The position numbers and the translations under genes are program-made. From an uncultured Candidatus Saccharibacteria bacterium (lineage in GTDB: Bacteria > Patescibacteriota > Minisyncoccia > Minisyncoccales > GWA2-46-15): DNA of 64,000 nt. The notes under the pieces were generated by a model, which saw only the letters and a program-made list of their open reading frames with translations, made no database searches and was not told the origin of the DNA. The DNA is taken from positions 1,831-65,830 of the forward strand of contig CAZKCH010000001.1 of NCBI GenBank assembly GCA_964551525.1, given 5' to 3'. Each line of letters opens with the position of its first letter. Position 1 is the stretch's first letter. Below are positions 1 through 10,015 of the stretch, piece after piece.

Positions 1-252
1 CAATTTTCTCGATTTTGCCCAATCAGCCACTTTAGTGATCGCCGCTTCGGCCTTCCTGGCTGAACCGGCTAATTCCAACAACTGCTTGGCCGGCCGGACA
101 AACCGCGAATAAACAATTTTCTTTTTCCGGGCGTCTTTTTTTATCTGTTCCAAAGACAGCCCCTTGGTATAAAAGTAGTGGTTAACGATCCGCTGAATCG
201 CGGTTTCTTCCTGCTGTTTCTTTTTTAACTTATCTTTTTTCGTTTTTATCAT
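1..252 (-). CDS. hypothetical protein, N-terminal 84 aa only (continues beyond window start)
   Basis: ATG at 250-252 on the minus strand. Open frame with no stops back to position 1 (MIKTKKDKLKKKQQEETAIQRIVNHYFYTKGLSLEQIKK...). Not in the ORF track because it is truncated. Confidence 0.3.
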   Translation of the reverse strand, partial: MIKTKKDKLKKKQQEETAIQRIVNHYFYTKGLSLEQIKKDARKKKIVYSRFVRPAKQLLELAGSARKAEAAITKVADWAKSRKL

Positions 253-257
253 TGAAA

Positions 258-1064
258 TTATTCCGCTTTCTCAAATTTTATCTTATCAACAATCATTGCC
301 ATTATTTCTTTTAGCATAATTTGGCTGCCAAAGGCAGTGGCATGAATGCCGTCCGAGGCCCGGGCCAAACGTCTCTGCCCGCTTTCATCAGTCAAATAAG
401 CGGCGTATTTGCCCTCGGCAGTGGCCAAAATATCCCAAGTATCAAGATAAAGGCAATTGAGATATTCTCGGCAAACGCTTTGATAAACCGAATTAAGGTT
501 AGCCATTTTGTCAGCGTAGTATTGGTCGCGGGCAATGGGATTGCCGATCCAAAAAACAAAAATCTGGTTGTTCTCCAAAATTCTCAGAAACCGGCCCACG
601 CGCCGGCCGTATTCCGGATTCCATTCTTCATCGCCGTAATGAATGACTGTTTTATCAAAGCTGGTTTGATCTTGACCGTCATTGGCGCCGAACATCACAA
701 AAGCAATGTTGGGCTTTTTCTCTAAAATGAGCTTATTAATTTCATCCTCCCAATTGAAATAATCGGGCCGGGAAAACCCGGTGGAATAAATGCCGCGGCG
801 GAAAACTTGGGCATCTTTAAAAGAAAATAATTCTTTCTCCAAAGCCGGTCCGAATGACTCGGCAATGAAAGAATCGCCGACAATCAAAATATTGTAAGGC
901 GGGCTGATAATTGAAAACGGGGCAGGGGATTCGTGACTGATGATTGGCTCAATGATCATTTCCGACCTGTCTAAAAACGGCTTCAGCTCCAATTTGTAAA
1001 AAGAGACAATCAGCATGGTTGAAATAATAGCGATCACGGCTTTGGCGGGACTTGATAGTTTCAT
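258..1064 (-). CDS. SGNH/GDSL-like hydrolase domain protein, probable partner of the adjacent MBOAT (AlgJ/DltD-like)
   Basis: N-terminal TM helix, then a GDS-like block (ILIVGDSFIAESFG) and NDG/DxxH-like C-terminal blocks. Transcribed with, and 1 nt from, the MBOAT gene. Confidence 0.5.
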   Translation of the reverse strand: MKLSSPAKAVIAIISTMLIVSFYKLELKPFLDRSEMIIEPIISHESPAPFSIISPPYNILIVGDSFIAESFGPALEKELFSFKDAQVFRRGIYSTGFSRPDYFNWEDEINKLILEKKPNIAFVMFGANDGQDQTSFDKTVIHYGDEEWNPEYGRRVGRFLRILENNQIFVFWIGNPIARDQYYADKMANLNSVYQSVCREYLNCLYLDTWDILATAEGKYAAYLTDESGQRRLARASDGIHATAFGSQIMLKEIMAMIVDKIKFEKAE

Positions 1065-1065
1065 C

Positions 1066-2484
1066 TCAGAATTTAAAATAAATAAAAGGAGGAACGATAT
1101 CCGGGCCCAGTTCGATTATCAAAATGACAACAATGGCCAAAAACAGAATTAAAAAAGGCAAAGACAGACGTTTTTGGACAGAAACCAGCAACTCTTTGGT
1201 TTTCTGCTCAAAAGCAAATCCCAAAAAACTCAACAAAATCAAGCCGACGACATAAATATTAACCGGTTCGCCCGCGCTTTGCCAGTTAAAAAGCTGTTTG
1301 ATGACATCAAAAGCATTTTGCAGATTTTGGGCTCTGAAAAAAATCCAGAGAAAACAGACAGCGTTAAGAGTGATAAACCAGGAAAGAATTTTCTCCAGGC
1401 GCGCCAATTGATTTTTCCCTTGCGCCATTACCTCGGCCTTAATCCGGCTGAAAGCCAATCCCAACCCGTGCAGCAAGCCCCAGGCAATAAACTGGATGCC
1501 GTTGCCGTGCCAAAGGCCGCTGACAAACATAGTGGCCATTAAGTTTAAATAAGTTCTGGCTTTGCCCTGACGATTGCCGCCCAAGGGGATGTAAACATAA
1601 TCCCTTAACCAGTTGGAAAGGGTGATGTGCCAGCGTCGCCAAAAATCCTGAAAATCAACTGAAAAATAAGGGGAAATAAAGTTAACCGGCGATTTAAACC
1701 CCATTAAGCCGGCAATGCCAATCGCCATGTCGCTGTAACCACTGAAATCGCAATAAATAACAATAGCAAAAGCATAAACCGCCAGCAAAACCGCCATTTG
1801 AGAATGGTTTTGGGGAACGGCAAAAACATCGTCAACAACATTAACCGTGAGGTAACTAGCAATGACAATTTTTTTAAAAAGGCCAACCAGGATTAAGGTG
1901 AAGTTTTCTTCCAAATTTTCCATAGTTTTCTGGCCGCCGTTTTTAAGCTGGATTAAAAAATCCTGGGCTCTTAAAATCGGGCCGGACAAAAGCTGGGGAA
2001 AAAACGAAATGTAAATCGCCAAATCCAAAAAGGATTTTTCCAATGGAATTTTCTTGTGGAAGACATCAACGCTGTAAGAAATCGCCCGCAGAATATAGAA
2101 AGAAAGGCCGATGGGCAAAATAACGTGCAAGAGCAGGGCATTGCTGGAAAAACCAATTTTATTCAAAAGCAGATCCGCGCCCTCGCGGAAGAAATTAAAA
2201 TACTTGAAAAAAGCCAGGACTAAAACATCGGCGCCGACAACTAAGGCCAACCAGAATTTCCGGTACTTTTCAGTATTGGCCCGATCAATAAAAACAGCGC
2301 CCAGATAATTAAAAACAGAAACAAGAAAAATCAGTGCCAAGAAACGGATATCCCAAACGGCATAAAAGAAATAACTAACGGCTAATAGAAAAATCCGCCA
2401 AAGCAAAGGTCTTTTTTTCAAAAACCAGTTAAAAGCCAAGACGATTGAAAAAAAGATAAAAAATGAAAAAGTCGGGAAAAGCAT
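1066..2484 (-). CDS. membrane-bound O-acyltransferase (MBOAT family, AlgI/DltB-like)
   Basis: About 10 TM helices. Conserved MBOAT His region (FWRRWHITLSNWLRDYVYIPLGGNR, then W-H-G). Confidence 0.75.
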   Translation of the reverse strand: MLFPTFSFFIFFSIVLAFNWFLKKRPLLWRIFLLAVSYFFYAVWDIRFLALIFLVSVFNYLGAVFIDRANTEKYRKFWLALVVGADVLVLAFFKYFNFFREGADLLLNKIGFSSNALLLHVILPIGLSFYILRAISYSVDVFHKKIPLEKSFLDLAIYISFFPQLLSGPILRAQDFLIQLKNGGQKTMENLEENFTLILVGLFKKIVIASYLTVNVVDDVFAVPQNHSQMAVLLAVYAFAIVIYCDFSGYSDMAIGIAGLMGFKSPVNFISPYFSVDFQDFWRRWHITLSNWLRDYVYIPLGGNRQGKARTYLNLMATMFVSGLWHGNGIQFIAWGLLHGLGLAFSRIKAEVMAQGKNQLARLEKILSWFITLNAVCFLWIFFRAQNLQNAFDVIKQLFNWQSAGEPVNIYVVGLILLSFLGFAFEQKTKELLVSVQKRLSLPFLILFLAIVVILIIELGPDIVPPFIYFKF

Positions 2485-2521
2485 GATTTAATTTTAACCT
2501 TAATAATGATATAATTCAACC

Positions 2522-3073
2522 ATGAATCACCGCGTTTTCATTGCCATTAATCTGCCCGAAAGCGCAAAAAAGGAGCTTTATTTGTGCCGCGATCGGTATT
2601 TTGACTTGCCGGCCAGATGGACAAAGAAAGAGAGTTTGCACGTCACCCTCTTATTTTTAGGTTATGTTTCTGACGAAGAGCTGCCGGAAGTATGCGGCAT
2701 CTGCCGGGAAATCGCCAAGAAACACCCTGCTTTTTCTTTGGAATTAAATAAAATCACCTATGGGCCGCCGGACAGAAAAATACCACGCATGATCTGGGCT
2801 CAAGGCGAGGCAGTGCCGGAATTAATCGAACTTCAAAAGGATTTGGAAAACGCGCTTTTTGAAAACGTTAGCGAAAAACCCAGCAAAGATTTTCATATTA
2901 CCTTGGCGCGGCTGAAGCAATGGGAATTTCAGAAAATAGAGCCGGAAGAAATCCCGGACGTGAATCAGGAAATCTCGATTAAGTTTCCCGCTAATTCAAT
3001 TGAAGTGATGGAGAGCGAATTAAAGCGCGAAGGGCCGGAATATACGATCCTTGAATCAGCACCGTTAAAATAA
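2522..3073 (+). CDS. thpR: RNA 2',3'-cyclic phosphodiesterase / 2'-5' RNA ligase family (2H phosphoesterase)
   Basis: Two H-x-T-x motifs (HVTLLFLG and HITLARL), about 180 aa. Confidence 0.7.
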   Translation: MNHRVFIAINLPESAKKELYLCRDRYFDLPARWTKKESLHVTLLFLGYVSDEELPEVCGICREIAKKHPAFSLELNKITYGPPDRKIPRMIWAQGEAVPELIELQKDLENALFENVSEKPSKDFHITLARLKQWEFQKIEPEEIPDVNQEISIKFPANSIEVMESELKREGPEYTILESAPLK

Positions 3074-3202
3074 TTCAAAAATCCAAATCCCAATTCCAAT
3101 ACTACCAATAATACCAATGACCAATCTCCAAAGTTTTGATTATTGGAATTTGGATATTGGAAATTGGAGTTGGACATTGGTTTTTTGATAGTCATTGATG
3201 TT

Positions 3203-4663
3203 ATGCGTATTCATCTAATCGGCATCGGCGGCATCGGCGTTTCCGCCTTGGCGCGGCACTATTTGGCGCAAGGCGATTTTGTCACTGGCTCGGATCTGAC
3301 CAGGTCGGAGATTACCGATGGCTTGAAAAAAGCAGGGGCAAGGGTCTTTATCGGTCCGCATAAAACCGCCAATTTATCTTGTGCTAAGCTAAGCCTAGCA
3401 CAACCGAATTTAGTGATTTACAGCCCAGCGATCGAAAAAAATAATCCCGAATTAAAACAAGCATACAAAATATCCTCCTTCGCTAAAGCTTCGAAGGACA
3501 GGCAAAATACAAAAGTAAAAAGTTATCCTGAGGCACTTGGCGAGCTGACGAAAAAATACTTTACCATTGCCGTTTGCGGCACTCACGGTAAGGGCACCAC
3601 TACTGCCATGATCGCTCTTATCCTGATTAAAGCCGGCCTCGACCCAACCATTATCATCGGCACGAAACTTAAAGAATTTAACGACAGTAACTATCGACAT
3701 GGGCAGTCAAAATATTTATTAATCGAAGCAGATGAATATAAATCATCTTTTTTGAGTTATTGGCCAAAAGCGATTGTCATCACCACTATTGATGCGGATC
3801 ACCTTGATTACTTTAAAAATTTAGGAAACATTATTAAAACATTTGGAAAGTTTGTTAGTCAACTGCCCAATGATGGTATTTTAATAACAAATAAAAACGA
3901 CGAGAACACTCAAAAAGTAATTACCAAGTACCAAGTACCAAGTACCAATAAATTTTCAATTACCAATTTTCAATTAATAAAATCGAAAGACGTCGAAAAA
4001 CTTAAGCAAGTTTTAAAACTGCCGGGCGAGCACATTCTCGCTGACGCTCTGGCAGCGTTGACACTGGCCCGCGTCCTGAAAATTCCAGACAGAATCAGTT
4101 TCAAGGCATTAAGCGAATATCGCGGCGCCTGGCGCAGGTTCGAAGAAAAAACAATGTTTCATGTTTCAGGTTTTAAGTTTCATGTTATTTCTGACTACGC
4201 CCACCATCCGACCGAAATCAAAGTCACTCTGGACGCGGTTAGACAAAAATATTCTGATAACCGAATTTGGTGCGTTTTCCAACCTCATCAATACCAAAGA
4301 ACTTTTTATTTATTCAAGGATTTCATCGATGTCTTGGCCAAGGCGCCCATCGATAAGCTCATTTTAGCCCCGATCTACAGCGTGGCCGGCCGCGAAAGCC
4401 AAACCATAAAAAATAAAGTGAATTCGCAAGAACTTGCTCGGGCTATCCAAAATAAATACCCTCCTTCGTCCCGCTTCGCGGGACTTCGGCGGGCAGGCAA
4501 AATACTAAATACTAAATACAAGATACAAAATACAGAAACCATTTATATTGCGTCTATACCGAAAATAGCTAAATACCTGAGAAAAAATCTGCAAGGCAAT
4601 GACATCCTCGTCATCATGGGCGCTGGGGATATTTACAATCTGTTAAAATTGATGGAAAATTAG
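3203..4663 (+). CDS. murC: UDP-N-acetylmuramate--L-alanine ligase
   Basis: MRIHLIGIGGIGVSALA N-terminal Rossmann motif and a GTHGKGTTT P-loop (Mur ligase). The ATG at 3203 is the likely true start (the track ORF begins at 3143). Contains low-complexity in-frame inserts. Confidence 0.8.
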   Translation: MRIHLIGIGGIGVSALARHYLAQGDFVTGSDLTRSEITDGLKKAGARVFIGPHKTANLSCAKLSLAQPNLVIYSPAIEKNNPELKQAYKISSFAKASKDRQNTKVKSYPEALGELTKKYFTIAVCGTHGKGTTTAMIALILIKAGLDPTIIIGTKLKEFNDSNYRHGQSKYLLIEADEYKSSFLSYWPKAIVITTIDADHLDYFKNLGNIIKTFGKFVSQLPNDGILITNKNDENTQKVITKYQVPSTNKFSITNFQLIKSKDVEKLKQVLKLPGEHILADALAALTLARVLKIPDRISFKALSEYRGAWRRFEEKTMFHVSGFKFHVISDYAHHPTEIKVTLDAVRQKYSDNRIWCVFQPHQYQRTFYLFKDFIDVLAKAPIDKLILAPIYSVAGRESQTIKNKVNSQELARAIQNKYPPSSRFAGLRRAGKILNTKYKIQNTETIYIASIPKIAKYLRKNLQGNDILVIMGAGDIYNLLKLMEN

Positions 4664-4668
4664 ATAAC

Positions 4669-4899
4669 ATGACTCTTTTCTTTATTATTCTCTTCGTCAT
4701 CTGCTTGGGCCTTTATCCTTTTTTGAATTGCCGGAGAAACAAAAAACCCCGGTCTTTAATAAAACTCTCTTTACCCGCCATACCGACAGTCAGGCCGAAA
4801 ACCGAAAAAACATTGGCAAAAACAGAGCCGAAACTGACCATCACCATCCTGCCGCCGCCGGGCCCGGAGCCGCCCCCGATCGGCAAATTAAGGATTTAA
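4669..4899 (+). CDS. small hypothetical membrane/Pro-rich protein
   Basis: ORF with an N-terminal hydrophobic helix and a proline-rich tail. No homology recognised. Confidence 0.2.
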   Translation: MTLFFIILFVICLGLYPFLNCRRNKKPRSLIKLSLPAIPTVRPKTEKTLAKTEPKLTITILPPPGPEPPPIGKLRI

Positions 4900-4909
4900 A
4901 AAATCATAC

Positions 4910-5593
4910 ATGATGTCTTTTTGGAACCTATACGCCCGCGTTTACGATGTGATTAACCAAAACGTCCCGTATCTTAAAATGCTCGCCGACGTAGAGCGCG
5001 AATTAGACGCTAAAGAAGGGGATAGGATTTTAGACGCCGGCTGCGGCACCGGCAATTTCAGCAACAGAATGCAAAAATCTCATTCTCGTATAGAAATTTT
5101 TGCCGTTGATTCATCTTTGGCAATGCTCGCCCGGGCAAAAAATAAATTAGCCGGCACCGGCATAATTGTTAAAGAAATCAATTTGGAAGGAAGGTTTAAT
5201 CTGGCTGACAATTATTTTGACCGGATTGCCACTATTAATGCGCTTTACACTATTAAGGATCAGGCCAATTGTTTAAAAGAATTTTACCGGATATTAAAAA
5301 GCGACGGGCAACTGGTAATCTCTAATCCCGACAATAAATACAGATTGGGAGCAATTTTTATCGCTCAATTAAAAGAACTGGGCTGGCTGAAATTCATCAT
5401 CAAATTCCTGCAAAACTTACCGGCGCTGTTGATTATAATTTTCGTTAATGTTTTTTTTATCAAAAAAAGCAGGTTCAATTTTCTAAGCGGGGGAGCGCTG
5501 GCCGGATTATTGACCGCAGCCGGTTTCCAAATCATAAAGAGTCAACGAACCTACACCGATCAAAACTTATTAATTACAGTGATAAAAAAATAA
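4910..5593 (+). CDS. class I SAM-dependent methyltransferase
   Basis: ILDAGCGTGNFS motif I and a downstream acidic motif II. Confidence 0.65.
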   Translation: MMSFWNLYARVYDVINQNVPYLKMLADVERELDAKEGDRILDAGCGTGNFSNRMQKSHSRIEIFAVDSSLAMLARAKNKLAGTGIIVKEINLEGRFNLADNYFDRIATINALYTIKDQANCLKEFYRILKSDGQLVISNPDNKYRLGAIFIAQLKELGWLKFIIKFLQNLPALLIIIFVNVFFIKKSRFNFLSGGALAGLLTAAGFQIIKSQRTYTDQNLLITVIKK

Positions 5594-5628
5594 ATAACTG
5601 AATCGTTGCTGATGGCAACGCCAAAAAC

Positions 5629-7143
5629 ATGTCTTTTAAATCTTTTGTCTTGCGCCATCGTCGCTTAGCCACATCATTTATGTCTTCTCGCGGCGCCACG
5701 TCTTGGGAAAAATCAGGCGCAAAAAAAGCATTAAAGAGATTTTTAATAGTAGCGAAAACCGTTCCCGCTTATCAAAAATTTCTAAAAGAAAAGGGGATTG
5801 ATCCGGAGAAAATAAAAACAATTGATGATTTCAAAAATCTGCCTATTTTAGATAAGAACAACTATTTAAGAAAATACGAGATTGAGGACTTATGTCTCGA
5901 TGGAAAACTGCATGATAAATATCTGATTGACAGAAGCTCGGGATATTCTGGAGCATCTTTTTTCTGGCCCAGAACCGCCTCAGAGGACCAGAATTACCCG
6001 CTCTATATGAAATTGGCTTATGAACAATTCTATCAAATCCATAAGAAAAAAACTTTGATGATTATTTCTTTGGCCTTAGGAAGCTGGGTTGGAGGAGAAA
6101 AAATCTCTTGGGCAACTAGGGAAATTGCCATAAATAATAAAATCCCTTTCACCGTTATCACGCCCGGTTTAAATTTAGAAGAAATCCTTGAAATCATCAC
6201 TTTCTTCAAAGGCAAATACGATCAATTCGTTTTAGTGGGCTATCCGCCATTCATAAAAAAAGTAATCGACGAAGGGGAAAAACAAGGTATTGATTGGAAG
6301 AAAATCAACATGAAGATCGGTCTTGGAGGAGAAGGATATTCTGAGGAATGGCGGGAATACATAAAAAACAAAGTGGGCTTACCCGAAAACGATCTTATGG
6401 GAGTTGCGGGCGGTTATGGCGCTGCCGATTTGGGCATGAGTGTCGGCCGAGAATACCCTATTTCTGTTCTTATCAGAAAACTTGCCCACCAAGATAAAAA
6501 TTTAGCTGTTGAGCTTTTCAAAGACGAAAACCTGCCTTCCTTATGCCAATACGACCCTAGCGCATTCTATATAGAAGAAGTCAACAAGGAATTAATCTTT
6601 TCTTGCGCGCCTGGAATTCCTTTGATCCGCTATAATATTCGGGATCGAGGCGGAGTACTTCCGTTCGCTAAGGCGATAAGCGTTTTAAACGCCCACGGAT
6701 ATGATCCGATCGCCCTGTTAAAAGAAAAAGGTTACAGCCAAAAAGATATCTGGCAATTGCCGTTCTTTTATGTTTTCGGCAGAAGCGATGGAACAATACC
6801 GGTCTGCGGCGGAAAAATATATGTTGAAAATATTAAAATGGCCTTAGAAAATTCCGAATTGGCCGAAACCAATACTGGAAAGTTTAATATGAAAATCGAT
6901 TTTGATCAAAAACAAAACCAAAAACTTATTATTAATATAGAGCTTTCAAACGGAATCGTGCCGAATGAACAATCAAACACGTTATATCAAAATGTCATTG
7001 TTGATACTTTAAGAAAAGTTAATTCGGAGTATAATATTCTTTATCAAACAAACAAAGAAGGAGTAACGCCGATAATCAATCTATTTTCCTTCAACGACAA
7101 AAAGAATTTCCCCGATGATCCGATTAAAATAAAATACATTTAA
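5629..7143 (+). CDS. adenylate-forming enzyme, PaaK/CapK/coenzyme-F390-synthetase-like
   Basis: Domain architecture and blocks resemble phenylacetate-CoA ligase family proteins (LPILDKNNY..., GGEG, YNIRD). Substrate unknown. Confidence 0.45.
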   Translation: MSFKSFVLRHRRLATSFMSSRGATSWEKSGAKKALKRFLIVAKTVPAYQKFLKEKGIDPEKIKTIDDFKNLPILDKNNYLRKYEIEDLCLDGKLHDKYLIDRSSGYSGASFFWPRTASEDQNYPLYMKLAYEQFYQIHKKKTLMIISLALGSWVGGEKISWATREIAINNKIPFTVITPGLNLEEILEIITFFKGKYDQFVLVGYPPFIKKVIDEGEKQGIDWKKINMKIGLGGEGYSEEWREYIKNKVGLPENDLMGVAGGYGAADLGMSVGREYPISVLIRKLAHQDKNLAVELFKDENLPSLCQYDPSAFYIEEVNKELIFSCAPGIPLIRYNIRDRGGVLPFAKAISVLNAHGYDPIALLKEKGYSQKDIWQLPFFYVFGRSDGTIPVCGGKIYVENIKMALENSELAETNTGKFNMKIDFDQKQNQKLIINIELSNGIVPNEQSNTLYQNVIVDTLRKVNSEYNILYQTNKEGVTPIINLFSFNDKKNFPDDPIKIKYI

Positions 7144-9330
7144 ATGAGCTCTGGCCAAATAATCTCTCTGCTCATAGCGGGCATCAACACTCTTTTAGCT
7201 ATTTTTGTATTGGGGAAAAATCCAAAAAGCATATCTAATCGCTATTTTTCTCTTTTTACTTTTTCGGTTACTTTTTGGGGAATAGGATTATTAATGACGC
7301 AAATGACCGGAAAGATGATATGGGCAGAAATAACTTTCGCTTTTGGAATCTTAATGGGGCTCAGTTTTGTTTTATTTTCTTATGTTTTCCCTCGGACGGA
7401 TAAAAAAATTCCTCTTTATGTTTATATTATCTTTTTAATCCCCGCCGTCTTGTTTTTAGGACTACTGCCATCCGGTTCTATCATTAAAGGATTCCAGATT
7501 ATCGGAGACAGCTTGAAGCCAGAATTAGGACCTCTCTACGGATTCTTTATGAGCTATGTTGTCCTTTCCGTAATTTACGGCATCGGTCTGCTCATAATAA
7601 GGTGGCGCCGCGCCACAGGGATAACAAAAATGCAATTTCGTTATTTGGGCGCCGGGTTTGCCTTATTCTCTATGGGAGCAGTCTTAACAAATATTATCTT
7701 ACCGGCAATTGGAATTTATCAATTCAATAACCTTGGCCCTTCTTTATCAATAACGGTTGTTATTTTCACGGCTTATTCTATTACCAGATATCGTCTAATG
7801 AATCTCCGTTTGGTTTTAGGGAAAAGCGCCGTTTATCTTTTATCTTTCTGCGCTACCATCGTTTTGATTTTTATATTCACTTACTTTTTAGACATATCTA
7901 AAGAACTTTTTGTTTTAAATACCACCAGCGTCAGTATACTAATTTTAAGCATGATTTTATTGCAATTTATCCTTGGAATCGGAAGGAAATTTGCCGCCAA
8001 ATATTTCTATTCCTCTTTCTACAATTATCAAGGAACATTAACAGAATTAGGGAGAAAACTAACTCAAGTTTTGGACATAGATCTTTTAAGTGATTTGTTT
8101 TCGGATACTCTTTCGCAAACAATGAAACTGGATCGAATCGTTGTCCTTTTAAAAGACGCTGGTGGAAATTATCGAATCCAAAAAAACATCGGTTTCGATG
8201 GAAAAAACGGAATTTCTCTTGTTAGAAACAACTTTTTGACAGATTACTTAGAAGCCACACAAAACCTTCTATCTTATGAAGAACTGTCTTTGATTATTAA
8301 GGAGGTTACTGATTTAAAGAAAAAAAATGACCTTCAGGTAATAAAAACGAATATGGAAAGAATAGAAGCCATGGTTTGCCTACCCCTCTTAATAGAGAAG
8401 AAAATGATTGGTATGATTGTCTTGGGAAATAAGGCATCTAGAGATCCTTATTCCAAAGAAGATTTCGATCTTTTAACTAATCTGATGAATCAAGCATCGG
8501 TAGCATTACAGAATGCAAAACTTTTCTCGCAAGTTAAAGATCTTTCACAAAATCTCCAGGAAAAAGTGGATGAACAAACCAAAGAGTTGAAAGACGCTTA
8601 TGACGAATTAAAACGCTTAGATCAAGCCAAGTCGGAATTTATTTCCATTGCCTCGCACCAGTTGAGAACGCCTTTGGCGGCCATCAAGGGTTATATTTCA
8701 ATGATATTGGACGGCTCCTATGGCGTCATTGAAACCACCACTAAAAATACGCTGATAAAAGTTTCCCAAGCCAATGAACGGCTGGTGAAAATAGTCAACG
8801 ATCTTTTAAACTTGTCCCGCATTGAAGGCGGCCGGATGAAATTCGAACCGCAACTGATCTCTTTGGAAAAACTGATTGAGGGAGCGATCAATATCTTTAA
8901 GATCGAGGCGCAGAAAAAAGGCCTCACTCTAAAATTCCAAAAACCAAAAATACCATTACCGAAAATAATGGTTGACCAGGAAAAATTAGACCAGGCGATT
9001 TTCAATCTGATCGATAATGCCATCCATTATACCGAAAATGGTAGCATCGCCATAAGCGCGGAGGTGATTAAAAATAAAGATAAAGAATCCGGAAGCAAAG
9101 CGCTGATAAGAGTTCAGGACACCGGCCGAGGGATGGAAACGAAAGAATTAGGCGCGCTTTTTGAAAAATTCTCCCGCGGTAAAGAAGCGGGCCGATTTTG
9201 GACCGAGGGCACGGGCTTAGGGCTTTTTGTGGCAAGAAAGTTTGTGGAAATTCATCGAGGCCGGATTTGGGCGGAATCAGAAGGAGAAGGCAAGGGATCA
9301 ACGTTTATAATCGAATTACCAATTAATTAA
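7144..9330 (+). CDS. sensor histidine kinase (multi-TM sensor, GAF-like, HisKA, HATPase_c)
   Basis: About 8 N-terminal TM helices, a coiled coil, an H-box (ASHQLRTPLAAIKGYI), an N-box (NLIDNAIHYT) and G1/G2 boxes (DTGRGM, GTGLGL). Confidence 0.8.
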   Translation: MSSGQIISLLIAGINTLLAIFVLGKNPKSISNRYFSLFTFSVTFWGIGLLMTQMTGKMIWAEITFAFGILMGLSFVLFSYVFPRTDKKIPLYVYIIFLIPAVLFLGLLPSGSIIKGFQIIGDSLKPELGPLYGFFMSYVVLSVIYGIGLLIIRWRRATGITKMQFRYLGAGFALFSMGAVLTNIILPAIGIYQFNNLGPSLSITVVIFTAYSITRYRLMNLRLVLGKSAVYLLSFCATIVLIFIFTYFLDISKELFVLNTTSVSILILSMILLQFILGIGRKFAAKYFYSSFYNYQGTLTELGRKLTQVLDIDLLSDLFSDTLSQTMKLDRIVVLLKDAGGNYRIQKNIGFDGKNGISLVRNNFLTDYLEATQNLLSYEELSLIIKEVTDLKKKNDLQVIKTNMERIEAMVCLPLLIEKKMIGMIVLGNKASRDPYSKEDFDLLTNLMNQASVALQNAKLFSQVKDLSQNLQEKVDEQTKELKDAYDELKRLDQAKSEFISIASHQLRTPLAAIKGYISMILDGSYGVIETTTKNTLIKVSQANERLVKIVNDLLNLSRIEGGRMKFEPQLISLEKLIEGAINIFKIEAQKKGLTLKFQKPKIPLPKIMVDQEKLDQAIFNLIDNAIHYTENGSIAISAEVIKNKDKESGSKALIRVQDTGRGMETKELGALFEKFSRGKEAGRFWTEGTGLGLFVARKFVEIHRGRIWAESEGEGKGSTFIIELPIN

Positions 9331-9336
9331 TCTGAA

Positions 9337-10014
9337 ATGGCGAAATTATTTTTATTAAGGCACATTAAGTCCCAGTGGAATGAAGAAAATCGATTCACCG
9401 GTTGGGTGGATGTGCCGTTAGCCAAGGACGCAAGCAATAAAGCCAAAGAATTGGCTGATAAAATATTCCAATTAAAAATTGATAGGATTTATTCCTCGCC
9501 GCTGTTCAGGAATGAAGACACGGTTTCCAAGCTGTTCGATTTCAGCAACGAAAAGTACCCGGTTTTCGTTCATCTTGATGGGGGAAAAATGGAAAATTGG
9601 AGCCGCTTCACCAGCGCAAACAGAAACGAAGTTCCGGTCTTTGTCACCGAGAACCTAAATGAAAGGCATTATGGCAAGCTACAGGGGGTGAATAAAACCG
9701 AAGCAATGAAAAAATACGGAGAAGATATGATCCGCCTTTGGCGCCGGAGTTATAAAGCCGCGCCGCCGGGAGGGGAAAGCTTAGCCACGGTCTGCAAAAG
9801 AACAAATCTTTTTTATCGCCGATACGTTGAAAAAGATCTTCGGGAAGGAAGAAATGTCCTAATTGTTGCCAGTCATAATTCTTTAAGGTCGATTGTCAAA
9901 TATATTGAGAAAATCTCTGATAGTGATATCATTAACACGGAAATCCCTTATGCCGGTTTAAGAGAATATGAATTTGATAATTCATTAATAATAAAAAACA
10001 AAAAAGAATTATAA
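9337..10014 (+). CDS. histidine phosphatase family protein (phosphoglycerate mutase-like)
   Basis: LLRHIKSQWN matches the RHG catalytic motif of the PGAM family. Confidence 0.6.
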   Translation: MAKLFLLRHIKSQWNEENRFTGWVDVPLAKDASNKAKELADKIFQLKIDRIYSSPLFRNEDTVSKLFDFSNEKYPVFVHLDGGKMENWSRFTSANRNEVPVFVTENLNERHYGKLQGVNKTEAMKKYGEDMIRLWRRSYKAAPPGGESLATVCKRTNLFYRRYVEKDLREGRNVLIVASHNSLRSIVKYIEKISDSDIINTEIPYAGLREYEFDNSLIIKNKKEL

Positions 10015-10015
10015 T

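Noticed and set aside
321-2308. Opposite-strand ORFs inside the SGNH and MBOAT genes (321-725, 1174-1542, 1439-1642, 2111-2308)
   Set aside because: Fully embedded antisense to long conserved-domain genes, with low-complexity translations. Chance ORFs.
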